The notes: generated from the sequence alone by a model not told the origin. Shown: positions 1-8,055, numbered from the stretch's first letter. The stretch: DNA of 33,661 nt from Pseudobdellovibrionaceae bacterium (GCA_039810425.1 JBDHWW010000033.1:1-33661), one strand, 5' to 3'. Numbers and translations are program-made.

Positions 1-278
1 AATAAAAGCCCAAAACTTAGGCAGATTTCAACCAGCTACGCACTGCTTCCCACAAGAAAGTCGGAATACCCATTTTTATAAGTCATTTTAAAGCTCCATT
101 TTAAATTTTTGTTTCTGAGCTGCGCAGATGAATTGAGTATTGAAGTTGAATTTTGAAATAGCAACATACCGAGAATACGTTTTGAAGCCTTTTTGTCTTC
201 ACTTGGTACTGCGTTAATTTGATTGTGTTGCTGCTCAAATTCGTGGCATATTGATTCCGTTATTGGGGACATTGCTGA

Positions 279-719
279 ATGATAAATGCTGTTTTGAAAT
301 TCCTATTTCGACGAGCTCCGGTTGTGGATATCTACACCGATGGCAGCGCCAAAGAGGGTCGTGGCGCCTGGGCTTTTGTGATTGTCCGTGATGGTTTTGT
401 TGTCTCTGAGAAATCCGCGGGCATCAAAAAAGCTTCGAGCAATCCGATGGAGTTCCGCGCGGCGATCGAAGCGTTGAAATCCCTTACTGAAAAAACCACC
501 GCGACTCTTTTCAGCGATTCGCGCATCCTCGTTGATTCCATGACGGTGTGGCGGGGAAGCGATCTTCGCCCCCGCGGGCTCGAGGTGGAACTTGCCGAGC
601 TCGATGGGCTCGCAGCCAAACATGCCATCACCTGGAAATGGATCAAGGCCCACGTCGGTCACGAATTCAACGAGCGCTGCGATCAGTTGTGCATCCAAGC
701 GCGCGATAGAATTCTCTGA
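279..719 (+). CDS. rnhA: Ribonuclease HI family protein
   Basis: Motifs IYTDGS, SNPMEF(R)AA, FSDS, WKWIKAHVGH and NERCDQL supply the D-E-D-H-D catalytic set of RNase HI. Confidence 0.9.
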   Translation: MINAVLKFLFRRAPVVDIYTDGSAKEGRGAWAFVIVRDGFVVSEKSAGIKKASSNPMEFRAAIEALKSLTEKTTATLFSDSRILVDSMTVWRGSDLRPRGLEVELAELDGLAAKHAITWKWIKAHVGHEFNERCDQLCIQARDRIL

Positions 720-752
720 TCCCCTCATTGGTAGTTTGTGTAGCCCAGCTTT

Positions 753-1769
753 TTAGTGCGGGTTTCGGCGAAGCCCCCAGCGGAGCGCCTCTTCCCGATT
801 GTGAACTCCGCAGAGAATTCGCAAGTTAGCAATATCATCAGATCCACCTTTGGCCAGCGGTTTTATGTGATCCACTTGCAGCTGGTATTTTGAGCCACAT
901 CGCTTTTGAGTTTGCGGATGAATATGCTCGCAGCAGTGTTGTGCCTTCGCAAAAACCGTCCGACGAACACTGGCCGCAATATATCTGCGTTTTGAGTTAG
1001 ATATTCCGTAAGAAGGCTGGGTTGCTTTTGGCATTGCCCCGAAGCTCTGCGTTGAACAAGAGGTTGTCGGAGATTCAGGTTTCTGTCCTTTTTGGGAATT
1101 ATTTTTTGACGTTGTTGCTGGGGAGCTAGCTTTGCCATCAGCCATCTTCGGGCGGCCTTCTTTTTTCTGAATAAAGTTCTGAGCCAAATAAGCAATCGCC
1201 TCTGCCAAATTATTGTCGGTTATAATGTGAGAAAGAAGGCTCTGGGCTTTTTTCAAGTCTTCGTATTGTCGCGCGGTGAGAGTGAGCTCCAGCCTCACAC
1301 TGTCATCTTGCTGAGGTTTGATTTTTTGATAGGTCTTCAGCGCCTGATTAAGTTCGCAGGCCAGAATTTTTTCGGTTTCAAAGGTGGTTTTGCTTTCCAC
1401 CTTTTCGATGAGTTCCCGAGCTTCTTCTTTGGTCACCGTATTGCCGACTTTTTTCTCGTGATGAAGCGACTGTTGAACCTTCACCATTTGTGTTAGGTTG
1501 ATAGTGCCGGATTCAATCTTGGTCGCAACAGTAGGAACTTGTCTTAAGAGGCGAGCCGCCTGCATCCGGTCATAGGCAGCACCTTCACTATATCCCAAAT
1601 GACGAGTGAGGTATTTGTAAACGGAATCATAGCCCGCTTGCAAAAATAGTTTTCGCCCCTCGACTTCAAGAATATGCCAAAGAATCAAATGAGTGATTTT
1701 TCTCTCAGACTTTGTGAGCTTCTCGAGGCCATTGAGAATTTCCGCGTCGGTTGCATTTTTGAGATTCAT
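753..1769 (-). CDS. HNH endonuclease with long helical N-terminal domain (DUF222-like architecture) and low-complexity linker
   Basis: C-terminal CEH...RC...LQVDHIKPLAKGGSDDIANLRILCGVHN is an HNH motif. Start moved from the ORF-track 1850 to ATG 1769, which follows an AAAGGAAG Shine-Dalgarno. Confidence 0.85.
   Translation of the reverse strand: MNLKNATDAEILNGLEKLTKSERKITHLILWHILEVEGRKLFLQAGYDSVYKYLTRHLGYSEGAAYDRMQAARLLRQVPTVATKIESGTINLTQMVKVQQSLHHEKKVGNTVTKEEARELIEKVESKTTFETEKILACELNQALKTYQKIKPQQDDSVRLELTLTARQYEDLKKAQSLLSHIITDNNLAEAIAYLAQNFIQKKEGRPKMADGKASSPATTSKNNSQKGQKPESPTTSCSTQSFGAMPKATQPSYGISNSKRRYIAASVRRTVFAKAQHCCEHIHPQTQKRCGSKYQLQVDHIKPLAKGGSDDIANLRILCGVHNREEALRWGLRRNPH
1026..1052 (-). 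repeat. Intragenic copy of 27-bp repeat (ACGCAGAGCTTCGGGGCAATGCCAAAA on - strand, encodes TQSFGAMPK)
   Basis: 24/27 identical to 2023-2049, in inverted orientation; aligned by eye. Confidence 0.85.
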
Positions 1770-1800
1770 AGTCTTCCTTTGCATGGGAGTTTTCACCTTC

Positions 1801-1809
1801 GGTATACCA
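1801..1809 (-). promoter_or_regulatory. Possible extended -10 promoter (TGgTATACC) for the HNH gene
   Basis: About 30 nt upstream of ATG 1769; -35 is weak. Confidence 0.3.
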
Positions 1810-2019
1810 CGGTTTTTTGAGACGGAAATTTCGGACTTTTCACTCTGCAAGAGGAGTCTGCAAAGAGTGTCAGAAAGACTGTTTAAAGACGTGAGAATTA
1901 GATGTGAGAAGAGAAAAAACTAATCTTGAGAAGCTTCGTGAAAACCACAATGTCCAGAGACCAAAGGCAAGTGAGAGGGGACAAAAATCCTCGCAAGAGA
2001 AAAAATAGAAATAAATAAA

Positions 2020-2049
2020 ATTACGCAGAGCTTCGGCGTAATGCCGAAA
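2020..2049 (+). repeat. Upstream palindromic copy of the 27-bp repeat; hairpin ATTACGC-N9-GCGTAAT, followed on the - strand by a T-rich tract (terminator-like)
   Basis: Arms 2020-2026 and 2036-2042 are perfectly complementary; A-rich run at about 1998-2019 on the + strand; matches 1026-1052 inverted. Confidence 0.8.
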
Positions 2050-2185
2050 AATTCCATGATCCCAACCTGACCCACTCACTCTAAGACGCCTCAAAAAGAT
2101 GCGGTCTGTTTGAGAACTTGTGGCGTGATTTCTTCCTCTAAAACCTCTTTAGTTGCCGGCGCCGCTAGTTGTTTCATCTTGAGGC

Positions 2186-2212
2186 TCAAAGGACCCTGGC
2201 AAAAGCCGATAA
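2186..2212 (+). promoter_or_regulatory. Sigma28 (FliA)-type promoter
   Basis: TCAA-N15-GCCGATAA versus consensus TAAA-N15-GCCGATAA; only 7 nt before ATG 2220. Confidence 0.7.
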
Positions 2213-2219
2213 AGAACTT

Positions 2220-2999
2220 ATGTTTGCGAATAAAAGATCGGCACTTTATGCAACTATTATTGGCGGGGTCTTCCTCGGGGCGTTTTATCAGAATATGACG
2301 CCGGTGGAGTTCGCCGCTCTGAATATGCCGCTTGTGAATGAAGGCGCACGCCGGGATCAAGCCCGCGAGTTGCTTGGTTCAGTTTATGGAGGGAGCTACG
2401 CCGCTCGGCTTGAGGGGCATAAGGATCTTAATTATTTAATTTATAAAAAACTCGAAACATCGCTTTCCCGTGAGTGGAAATCCTGGGTGCCACAGATGAC
2501 CCAGGAGCTTATCAGCGAATGCCGTAAGCACGATATGGATCCCATCTTCGTGCTCGCGATCATTCAGACCGAGAGTCAGTTTAACACTTATGCGAAGGGC
2601 ACTTCGGGCGAGATCGGCTTAATGCAAGTCTTGCCACAAACCGGTGAATGGCTGGCGAAGAAGTACAACCTGCATTGGCGGGGGCCGAACACTCTTTATG
2701 ACCCGATTCATAATATCAAGTACGGCATCACGTACTTTGCGCATCTCCGCTCGCAGTTCGAGAGCCGCGCGCATCACTACGTGCCGGCTTATAATATGGG
2801 ACCGAAGAATCTCCGCCGGGTGGCCCGCAGCATTGCGACCATCGGCGAAGATGAAAGAACGCTGCTAAACGGGAACTACGGATCACGCGTGATGAAGAAC
2901 TACCAGCTCATCTATGAGCAACTCATTGAGCGCAAGGAGAGCCAGCTCAGAGTGGCAACTCAGCAGCCGTCTGCGCAGCCGGAGCCTGTGGCGCGTTAA
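2220..2999 (+). CDS. Lytic transglycosylase (SLT domain) with N-terminal membrane anchor/signal
   Basis: IIQTESQFN (catalytic Glu), GEIGLMQV and AYNMG motifs; hydrophobic N-terminus follows ATG 2220. Confidence 0.9.
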   Translation: MFANKRSALYATIIGGVFLGAFYQNMTPVEFAALNMPLVNEGARRDQARELLGSVYGGSYAARLEGHKDLNYLIYKKLETSLSREWKSWVPQMTQELISECRKHDMDPIFVLAIIQTESQFNTYAKGTSGEIGLMQVLPQTGEWLAKKYNLHWRGPNTLYDPIHNIKYGITYFAHLRSQFESRAHHYVPAYNMGPKNLRRVARSIATIGEDERTLLNGNYGSRVMKNYQLIYEQLIERKESQLRVATQQPSAQPEPVAR

Positions 3000-3114
3000 A
3001 CAGTTGAGACAAGCCTACAATTTTTTCCAGACAAAGTTTTCTCTAGAAATCGTTCCTGAAGTTTGTTACAACCCCTCCGTCCCTAAATACATCACTAACC
3101 TTATAGGATGGAAT

Positions 3115-3597
3115 ATGAAACAAATGATTCTTATTGCCTTGATGACAATGACCGGTTTGATGGCCCAAGCAGCCGGACGCCAGGAAGCTTCTGAAATCTG
3201 CAATAGCATGAGCTTTGACAGCACCCGCAACCAATGTATTTCTGAGCTTGCAAAGTATGACTACTTTGAGCAAGGAGCGATCGATCTGTGTAAAGGCATG
3301 TCTTTCGACTCTGGCAAAATCGAGTGCGTGAAAGTTATCGGCAATAAGTCTTACGAAGCTTACGAGATCGATAACTGCAGAAAGAGCTCATTTGATTCTA
3401 CAAAAACTCAGTGTTTGAACACTGCGGGCCGCGCGGCTTCTCCAGTGCCACCACCACCCCCAGGTTATGGCACTTGCTCTGCAGGTCAAACGATCTTGCA
3501 ACTTCAAAACATTGATCGCTCAGTGTACATGGGCAGAAATAACGATGCTCGCGTCCAGATCAACGAATTGATCAACCGCTTGCAACGCTGCCCGTAA
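3115..3597 (+). CDS. Secreted Cys-rich repeat hypothetical protein
   Basis: Signal peptide MKQMILIALMTMTGLMAQA; three approx. 29-aa repeats with CxxxSFDSxxxxC; poly-Pro hinge; AGGA upstream of ATG 3115. Confidence 0.8.
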   Translation: MKQMILIALMTMTGLMAQAAGRQEASEICNSMSFDSTRNQCISELAKYDYFEQGAIDLCKGMSFDSGKIECVKVIGNKSYEAYEIDNCRKSSFDSTKTQCLNTAGRAASPVPPPPPGYGTCSAGQTILQLQNIDRSVYMGRNNDARVQINELINRLQRCP

Positions 3598-3613
3598 CCT
3601 CTGGTTACAAAAT

Positions 3614-3656
3614 AAATAAAAATCCCCGGCGTAACAACGACCGGGGATTTTTATTT
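3614..3656. terminator. Bidirectional intrinsic terminator
   Basis: AAATAAAAATCCCCGG ... CCGGGGATTTTTATTT inverted repeat between convergent genes. Confidence 0.9.
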
Positions 3657-3670
3657 TTAGCGGTGCCTAT

Positions 3671-4294
3671 TTAAAAAGCCCCACTATCCCCATCAAAGAA
3701 CTGGAGCTGTTGCGGCGGCTCAGGCCCGGTGTTTTCTCCCACATTTCCCTTGGCATTCACGCGTGAAGCCGCGGCATCCAATTGGAACGAGCCATTCGTG
3801 CGGAAGACCGACGACGAACTCGCGACCACCGTCACGGATGCCACCGCGGTGCTATACAGGTAGCTGATACGGGAGTCCCCGGTGCGATACGAACCTTCCA
3901 AGATCAGTTGTGTCTGGGTTTGGCCGGACTTGAACGTCACGGTGACACTCTTGATTTTGATTTTCTCGTTCGTGCAAGTCACTCTGAGCGCGCGGATGTT
4001 GCTGAGACTTTCTGGCGGAGCGAATGTGAAGGAGCGCTCTTTAAAGCGGCCGACGCTGCCTGAGCCCAATGGGTAAGTCGTATCCGCCCCCGGATCGCCG
4101 GGAAATGGGGTTGGGTACGGAGCCGGATTCGGGTCATAAGGCGGCGGAGTCGGAGCTGGCGTGACGGGCGGGGTCGGCTGGGGAGGGGCGGGGTCTGTCG
4201 GGGGCGCACCAGGGCCGGGCAGAGGGACCTCCGCATCCGCAACAACGACGGTGGCAAAAGCCAAAACAACCAGAAAAGACATCAGCTTTAACAT
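3671..4294 (-). CDS. Secreted hypothetical protein: Pro/Thr-rich N-terminal linker plus beta-rich domain
   Basis: Signal peptide, PxP repeats, alternating beta-strand pattern; AAGGAGAG RBS. Confidence 0.8.
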   Translation of the reverse strand: MLKLMSFLVVLAFATVVVADAEVPLPGPGAPPTDPAPPQPTPPVTPAPTPPPYDPNPAPYPTPFPGDPGADTTYPLGSGSVGRFKERSFTFAPPESLSNIRALRVTCTNEKIKIKSVTVTFKSGQTQTQLILEGSYRTGDSRISYLYSTAVASVTVVASSSSVFRTNGSFQLDAAASRVNAKGNVGENTGPEPPQQLQFFDGDSGAF

Positions 4295-4416
4295 AGAACT
4301 CTCCTTGGGCTTGTGGGCTGAGGTTAGGATTCGCCGATCCTTTTGGTAAGAAAATAGACGGCAATTTGTTTAAAATCATTCGCTTGTCAAATGTCAGTTG
4401 ATTCTCAACAACCCTG

Positions 4417-4443
4417 TATAATTGATAATGATTCTTAATTATA
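4417..4443. promoter_or_regulatory. Fur box
   Basis: TATAATTGATAAT-G-ATTCTTAATTATA is a 13-1-13 inverted repeat; its core matches the TGATAAT-n-ATTATCA 7-1-7 consensus at 12/14; directly upstream of the fur gene. Confidence 0.75.
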
Positions 4444-4488
4444 TGGACTTCGGCGTTGGCTGTACCTATACCTGCAGGAGAGGTGAAT

Positions 4489-5007
4489 ATGAGCCGAGAT
4501 TCAGTTCCAGTACTACCGCGCCAACAAGATGAAGATATCATTATCCATCGCGAAGAGTATACTGACGTGGAACTGAAAAAGATCATCCGCACGTTGAATC
4601 TGAAGGTCACGAATCAACGTTTGGCGATTTTAGGAGCCCTTCATGATGGACGTCGCCATGTCACCGCGCAAGAGCTCTTTGAAAAAGTCAATGTAGAGTA
4701 TCCGGAAATTGGTTTTGCGACGGTTTATCGTTTCTTGCGCACGTTGACCGAAGGCAATTTCGTTTCGGAAGTGCGCATGGGCGGTCTGCCAGCTCGTTAT
4801 GAGCTCAATTCTAAAAGCCATCATGATCACTTGACCTGTGTCCGCTGCGGCAAGATTTGCGAGTTCGAAAACAAAACAATTGAAACGTTGCAAGAAAAAG
4901 TAGCAAAGCAATTCGGCTTTCAATTGACCCACCACGTTCTTGAACTCTATGGCGTTTGCCCCTCCTGCCAGACCCGCGTAAGATCGCAAGATGGCTTCAA
5001 ATCATGA
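4489..5007 (+). CDS. fur: Fur family transcriptional regulator
   Basis: LKVTNQR, IGFATVYRFL, HHDHLTCVRCGKI and ELYGVCPSC motifs; AGGAGAGG RBS before ATG 4489. Confidence 0.9.
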   Translation: MSRDSVPVLPRQQDEDIIIHREEYTDVELKKIIRTLNLKVTNQRLAILGALHDGRRHVTAQELFEKVNVEYPEIGFATVYRFLRTLTEGNFVSEVRMGGLPARYELNSKSHHDHLTCVRCGKICEFENKTIETLQEKVAKQFGFQLTHHVLELYGVCPSCQTRVRSQDGFKS

Positions 5008-7618
5008 ATTCGATGGCATTGTCGTAAAAGGCGCGAAGGAACATAATCTCAAAGATGTGAGTGTTGTGATCCCTCGAAATAAGATCACGGTTTTCACCGG
5101 CCTTTCCGGAAGCGGAAAATCCAGTCTCGCATTTGATACAGTCTATGCTGAAGGCCAGCGCCGCTATGTGGAGTCTCTCTCGGCTTATGCGCGGAATTTC
5201 CTTGAACAGTTGAAAAAACCAGAAGTCGATTCGGTGACAGGTTTGTCGCCGGCAATCGCCATCGACCAAAAATCCGTCAGCACCAATCCACGCTCGACGG
5301 TGGGCACGGTCACTGAGATTTACGATTACATGCGGTTGTTGTTTGCCAAGGTGGGAACCCCGGAGTGCCCGATTCATCACTTGCCGGTGACGAGCCAAAC
5401 GCCACAGCAGATCCTCGAGGAAATTGTCAAGAGGGCCTCAAAGAGCCCGCAGGCGGCGAAGTTTTATGTTCTCGCGCCGATGGCCCAAGGGAAAAAAGGC
5501 GAGTTCCTTGCGGAATTCCAGCGCTGGGCTCGCAAAGGTTTCGTGAAGGCTCAAGTCGACGGAAAAATGATCGATCTTGAAAATGCGACGAAGCTAGCGA
5601 AAACCAAAACTCACGATATTGACCTTGTCGTTGATCAGGTCATTTTGAAAGATTCTATGAAGCACCGCTTGGCCGAGAGTATTAACACGGCTCTGAGCAT
5701 GGCCAATGGCCGGTTGATCATTCAGACCATGAATGGTGAGCGCGTGTCTTACAGCTTGCACTCGGCCTGTCCTGAGTGCGGTTACAGCTTTCCTGAGATT
5801 GAACCGCGTATTTTCAGCTTCAATAATCCGCGCGGCGCTTGTGAGACCTGCAATGGTCTCGGTACTGCGGACCTGGTCGAAGAAGAAGAGTATTCCGAAG
5901 GCGATGTCGGGGGACGCCGCCTTGAAAAAGTGAAATATGTCTACAAGGGTAAAAAAGTTTCCGCCTCCAACGACGAAGAGGAAGAAGAGCAAGAGGACAT
6001 GGTTCTGTCCGAATGCCCGGCATGTCAAGGGGCGCGACTGAAGCAAGAATCCCTCAATGTGAAAATCGGCGAGAAAAACATTTCTGAGCTCTCAAGCCTG
6101 AGTGCCTTGGAGCTGCGCGAGTGGGTCCAGGGGTTAAAATGGAAAGCGAAAGACCAGATGATCGCTGAAAAGATTAACAAACAAATCGTCGCGCGATTGG
6201 ATTATTTGATCCGCGTGGGGACGGGTTACTTGTCACTGAACCGTCCGTCGCGTACGCTTTCTGGCGGAGAGGCTCAGCGGATTCGCTTGGCGACGCAAGT
6301 GGGTTCGTCCCTCATTGGCGTTTTGTACGTGATGGATGAGCCTTCGATCGGGCTGCATCCACGCGATCACCATCGCTTGTTGGAAATCATCGGCGAACTT
6401 AAAGATCGTGGCAATACCATCATCTTGGTCGAGCATGATGAAGACACGATTCGCTTTGCCGATCATGTGGTTGATTTGGGTCCGCGTGCGGGAAGTCTCG
6501 GCGGCGCGAAGATGGCCGAGGGGACTCCGGCCGAGATCGAAGCCAATCCAAATTCGCTCACGGGCAAATATCTTTCAGGTGAAATGAAAATCACCATGCC
6601 GAAAGAGCGCCGCAAAGGAAACGGCCATAAGTTGCGTCTCATCGGGGCGACGGGGAATAACCTTCGCAATGTGACTTTGGAAATTCCACTCGGGACTTTC
6701 ACGGCGGTGACGGGCGTTTCCGGTAGTGGTAAGAGTACTTTGATTATTGATACTCTTTATAAGCTTTTGGCGCAGAGATTCTATAAAGCCAATGCTTCAC
6801 CCTCGCACTTTGATAAGTGTGAGGGGCTTGAGCATATCGATAAGGTGATTGATATCAATCAACGGCCGATCGGGCGCACGCCGCGGTCAACGCCGGCGAC
6901 GTATGTGGGTCTCTTCCCGATGATTCGGGATTTGTATGCGAATCTGCCGGAATCAAAGCTGCGGGGGTATGCTCCGGGGCGGTTTAGCTTTAACGTCAAG
7001 GGGGGCCGTTGCGAAACCTGTATGGGGCACGGTCAAATCCGGGTTGAGATGCACTTTATGAGCGATGTCTTTGTTCGCTGTGAAACATGCATGGGGAATC
7101 GCTACAACCGCGAAACTCTGAATGTGAAATACAAAAATAAATCCATCGCGGATGTTTTGAACATGTCGGTGTTAGAAGCGCTCGAGTTCTTTAAGAACCA
7201 CCCACAGATTCACCGCAAGCTTGAAACCCTCAACCGCGTGGGCTTGGATTACATGACTCTTGGTCAAAGTTCGACGACGCTGTCGGGAGGGGAAGCGCAG
7301 CGGGTGAAGCTCTCCAAAGAGCTTTCTCGCCGTGGCACCGGGAAGACATTGTACATTCTCGATGAGCCGACCACCGGCTTGCACTTTGATGACGTCAAAA
7401 AACTGGTGGAGCTGATTCAGGATCTTGCCGACCAAGGCAATACGCTTCTCGTGATCGAGCACAATTTAGAAGTGATCAAGTGCGCCGACCACATTGTGGA
7501 CCTGGGGCCCGACGGCGGTAAAGACGGCGGCGCCATCGTCGCCACTGGAACGCCCGAGCAAGTCGCGAAAGTCAAAGGCAGCGAGACCGGTAAATTTCTG
7601 AAGGCGCTACTCAAATAG
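4991..7618 (+). CDS. uvrA: Excinuclease ABC subunit A
   Basis: Two ABC ATPase modules (GLSGSGKS / LSGGEAQR / DEP and GVSGSGKS / LSGGEAQR / DEP), Zn-finger CxxC pairs, AEGQRRYVESLS. Confidence 0.97.
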   Translation: MASNHEFDGIVVKGAKEHNLKDVSVVIPRNKITVFTGLSGSGKSSLAFDTVYAEGQRRYVESLSAYARNFLEQLKKPEVDSVTGLSPAIAIDQKSVSTNPRSTVGTVTEIYDYMRLLFAKVGTPECPIHHLPVTSQTPQQILEEIVKRASKSPQAAKFYVLAPMAQGKKGEFLAEFQRWARKGFVKAQVDGKMIDLENATKLAKTKTHDIDLVVDQVILKDSMKHRLAESINTALSMANGRLIIQTMNGERVSYSLHSACPECGYSFPEIEPRIFSFNNPRGACETCNGLGTADLVEEEEYSEGDVGGRRLEKVKYVYKGKKVSASNDEEEEEQEDMVLSECPACQGARLKQESLNVKIGEKNISELSSLSALELREWVQGLKWKAKDQMIAEKINKQIVARLDYLIRVGTGYLSLNRPSRTLSGGEAQRIRLATQVGSSLIGVLYVMDEPSIGLHPRDHHRLLEIIGELKDRGNTIILVEHDEDTIRFADHVVDLGPRAGSLGGAKMAEGTPAEIEANPNSLTGKYLSGEMKITMPKERRKGNGHKLRLIGATGNNLRNVTLEIPLGTFTAVTGVSGSGKSTLIIDTLYKLLAQRFYKANASPSHFDKCEGLEHIDKVIDINQRPIGRTPRSTPATYVGLFPMIRDLYANLPESKLRGYAPGRFSFNVKGGRCETCMGHGQIRVEMHFMSDVFVRCETCMGNRYNRETLNVKYKNKSIADVLNMSVLEALEFFKNHPQIHRKLETLNRVGLDYMTLGQSSTTLSGGEAQRVKLSKELSRRGTGKTLYILDEPTTGLHFDDVKKLVELIQDLADQGNTLLVIEHNLEVIKCADHIVDLGPDGGKDGGAIVATGTPEQVAKVKGSETGKFLKALLK

Positions 7619-8055
7619 GTAAGCCTGAGATCATCTACGCTGATGAGCAATACGTGCGCATCTATGAAGTGGATGGCAGCAATAACTTGAAAGTGATCTG
7701 GTCTGAAATCAATCCTAGCGGCACCCTGCGCGAGTACCCAGTGGTTGCCGATGTCGATGGCGACGGCAGCTCTGAACTTGTGGTGGTATCTAACAACATG
7801 TGGACGGGCACGCTCTATACCACTCAGTTGGAAAAAGACAAAGCAGCGCTTGTGACAGGTGTTCGCGTGTTTGGCCCAACGTTGAAAGACTCTTGGATGC
7901 CAACGCGTTCGGTGTGGAATCAGCACGCGTATTTCGTGAATAACGTGAACGATGACCTCACAGCCACCTCGAGCAACTTCATCAACGGCTTTACGGCGAA
8001 CGCGTTTAAGCGCAACACCCAAAAGGGTATGTTCCAGGCCACTTGCGTGAAATAA
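7618..8055 (+). pseudogene. 3' remnant of an FG-GAP/VCBS-repeat (beta-propeller) secreted protein
   Basis: Frame reads GKPEIIYADE...PVVADVDGDGSSELVV...WNQHAYFVNNVNDD; it begins mid-repeat at the uvrA stop codon with no signal peptide or RBS. Confidence 0.7.

Noticed and set aside
279..1769. Retron, DGR or other RT-based system (RNase H plus HNH)
   Set aside because: No reverse transcriptase motif in the window, and the two genes are convergent rather than operonic.
753..1769. IscB/Cas9-like RNA-guided nuclease
   Set aside because: No PLMP or RuvC motifs; the HNH is at the extreme C-terminus.
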